In this document: positions 62,681 to 64,000 of the stretch, piece after piece
Numbering within the stretch: the stretch's first letter is position 1
Layout of the letters: each line of letters starts with the position of its first letter
Origin: Polyangiales bacterium
GTDB lineage: Bacteria > Myxococcota_A > Polyangia > Polyangiales > Polyangiaceae
NCBI GenBank assembly: GCA_038231275.1
Contig: JBBRLQ010000039.1
Span: 1 to 64,000 of the forward strand
DNA: 64,000 nucleotides
Direction of reading: 5' to 3'
Notes under the pieces: model-generated
Database searches by the model: none
What the model was told of the DNA's origin: nothing
The model's input: the letters and a program-made list of their open reading frames with translations, nothing else
Translations under genes and position numbers: made by a program

Positions 62681-64000
62681 TCACGGCGCATCCCACGTGT
62701 CAGGCGCCGGCGCGGGTGTCGCCGCGTCGACGTTCGCGAGGGGGGCCAGCGGAGCGGAGCGGCGTGGCTTCGTCCCATCCACCGTGGACAGCAGCCCGCC
62801 CGGAGGCGTGGGAGAGGTGTGTGTGTGGCCTTCAGAAAAATCTCCCATACCCTCTGACGCAGGAACGCGTTCCGGGGAACGCTCCTGCGCGTTCCTGGTG
62901 GAAGCAGTCTCAGGTACGCCAGGTACGCCAGGTACGCCAGGTACGCGAGGACTCCTGGCCCGCGCGATCGCGGATTGGGCACGGTCGGTCGAGCACGCCC
63001 GATCGGCTTTCAGATCGGCGACGAGCGCTCGCACGGTCGCGTTCGGCGACGCGGCGACGAGCGCCCGCGCGGCGGCGTCGTCCGCGGCCGTTTCGGCCCG
63101 CTTCTCCGTCTCCTTCGCAGCCGCCTTCACGGCGAGCCGCGCCGCGTCTTGCTTGTCCTTCTCCGCTTTGGTCCGCGCGCTCTCCTCGTTCTTGTCGCGT
63201 CGCTTGGATTCCTTCGTGGCCGCACCCGAGCGCGTCGCGGCGGCGGTCGCCATGTCGGTCTCGTCGAGCGGCACGAGAGCGCCGCCGTGCTCGTTGTCGC
63301 GCCGCAGGAGAAGCGGCTCGCCCTTGCGGCCGTAGTTGGATTTCGTGAAGCTCAGGACGACGATCTCCCCGAGCCGATCTCGCTCCTCCGGAGCGTCCAG
63401 CTTCAAGCGCTCCGCGGCGAGAGACGCTTGCCAGCGCACGCCGTCCACGAGCGCGCTCGAGCCGCGCGACGACGACGACGTGAGCTCCACTCCGCCACGG
63501 CTGCCCTTGTTCGTGTGGTGAAGAACCACAACCGTGGCGCCCGTCACCTTCGCGATGCTTTCAAGCGCTTGGATAAAGCGTGTCGCGCTCGCATTGTCTC
63601 GCTCGGCTTCCTGCCCGGCGAAGCGGGAGAGTGGGTCAACGATGATCAGCGCCCAAGGGCCGTGTTCGGCAACGTACGCGCGCAGCCAGGTGAGGAAATC
63701 CGTTTCACTTGGGTTGCCGTGGGCGTCTTGCTCGAGCATCGCGCAGGGCTCGCCAGCGAGAGGGACGACTACGATCGACCCTTCGTCGGGGATCGGTGCG
63801 TTAGACGCTCGGCGCTCATTGAACAGCCGCCGTCGCACCTCCTCCGCGTCCTCCTCGCCCAGCAAGACGAGCACGCGCCCTCGCGTCGCGCTGAAGGTGC
63901 CGAGCCACTTCTCGCCGCTCGCCACGGCGCGTGCGAGCGAGACAGCGATCATGGTCTTGGACACCCCGCCCTCACCGATAATCTGCCCGACCTTGCCGAA
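62681..64000 (-). CDS. AAA_25/RepA-type replicative helicase (5' end outside the window)
   Basis: Frame open to the edge; Walker A-like GEGGVSKT, 'VLVLLGEED', 'IIVDPL', 'LHHTNK', 'RGSSALVDGVR', 'KSNY'. Confidence 0.85.
   Translation of the reverse strand, partial: FGKVGQIIGEGGVSKTMIAVSLARAVASGEKWLGTFSATRGRVLVLLGEEDAEEVRRRLFNERRASNAPIPDEGSIVVVPLAGEPCAMLEQDAHGNPSETDFLTWLRAYVAEHGPWALIIVDPLSRFAGQEAERDNASATRFIQALESIAKVTGATVVVLHHTNKGSRGGVELTSSSSRGSSALVDGVRWQASLAAERLKLDAPEERDRLGEIVVLSFTKSNYGRKGEPLLLRRDNEHGGALVPLDETDMATAAATRSGAATKESKRRDKNEESARTKAEKDKQDAARLAVKAAAKETEKRAETAADDAAARALVAASPNATVRALVADLKADRACSTDRAQSAIARARSPRVPGVPGVPGVPETASTRNAQERSPERVPASEGMGDFSEGHTHTSPTPPGGLLSTVDGTKPRRSAPLAPLANVDAATPAPAPDTWDAP
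62911..62946. repeat. 4x perfect 9-bp tandem repeat CAGGTACGC
   Basis: Four exact copies in the helicase 3' region. Confidence 0.9.

Overview
GC-rich myxobacterial DNA, probably from the Polyangiaceae/Labilithrix-like group (inferred from gene content and SSG-repeat lipoproteins). Positions 1-25.4 kb hold a gliding-motility (Agl-Glt) locus. It contains a divergent Cys-rich CglC/GltK-like lipoprotein, then gltC-gltD-gltE-gltF-gltG, an inserted Uma2 nuclease, a TPR lipoprotein and a giant gltI/agmK-like TPR gene interrupted by one in-frame TAG, followed by a convergent Roadblock/MglB-like ORF. Positions 26-58 kb carry an FHA sigma-54 activator, a PEGA/TPR module, a CesT-like chaperone, an amidase, kynU-cupin-ALDH7, nusB-rib genes, ppa, hemB/hemD, a FrgA-like protein, rpiB and many lipoproteins. 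Positions 58.2-64 kb hold an initiator tRNA-Met and the left end of an integrated satellite-like element (tyrosine integrase overlapping the tRNA, ORF6N, RHH, serine recombinase, lipoprotein, HTH protein, AAA helicase) that runs off the window. All calls come from motif recognition by eye; no database searches were run.
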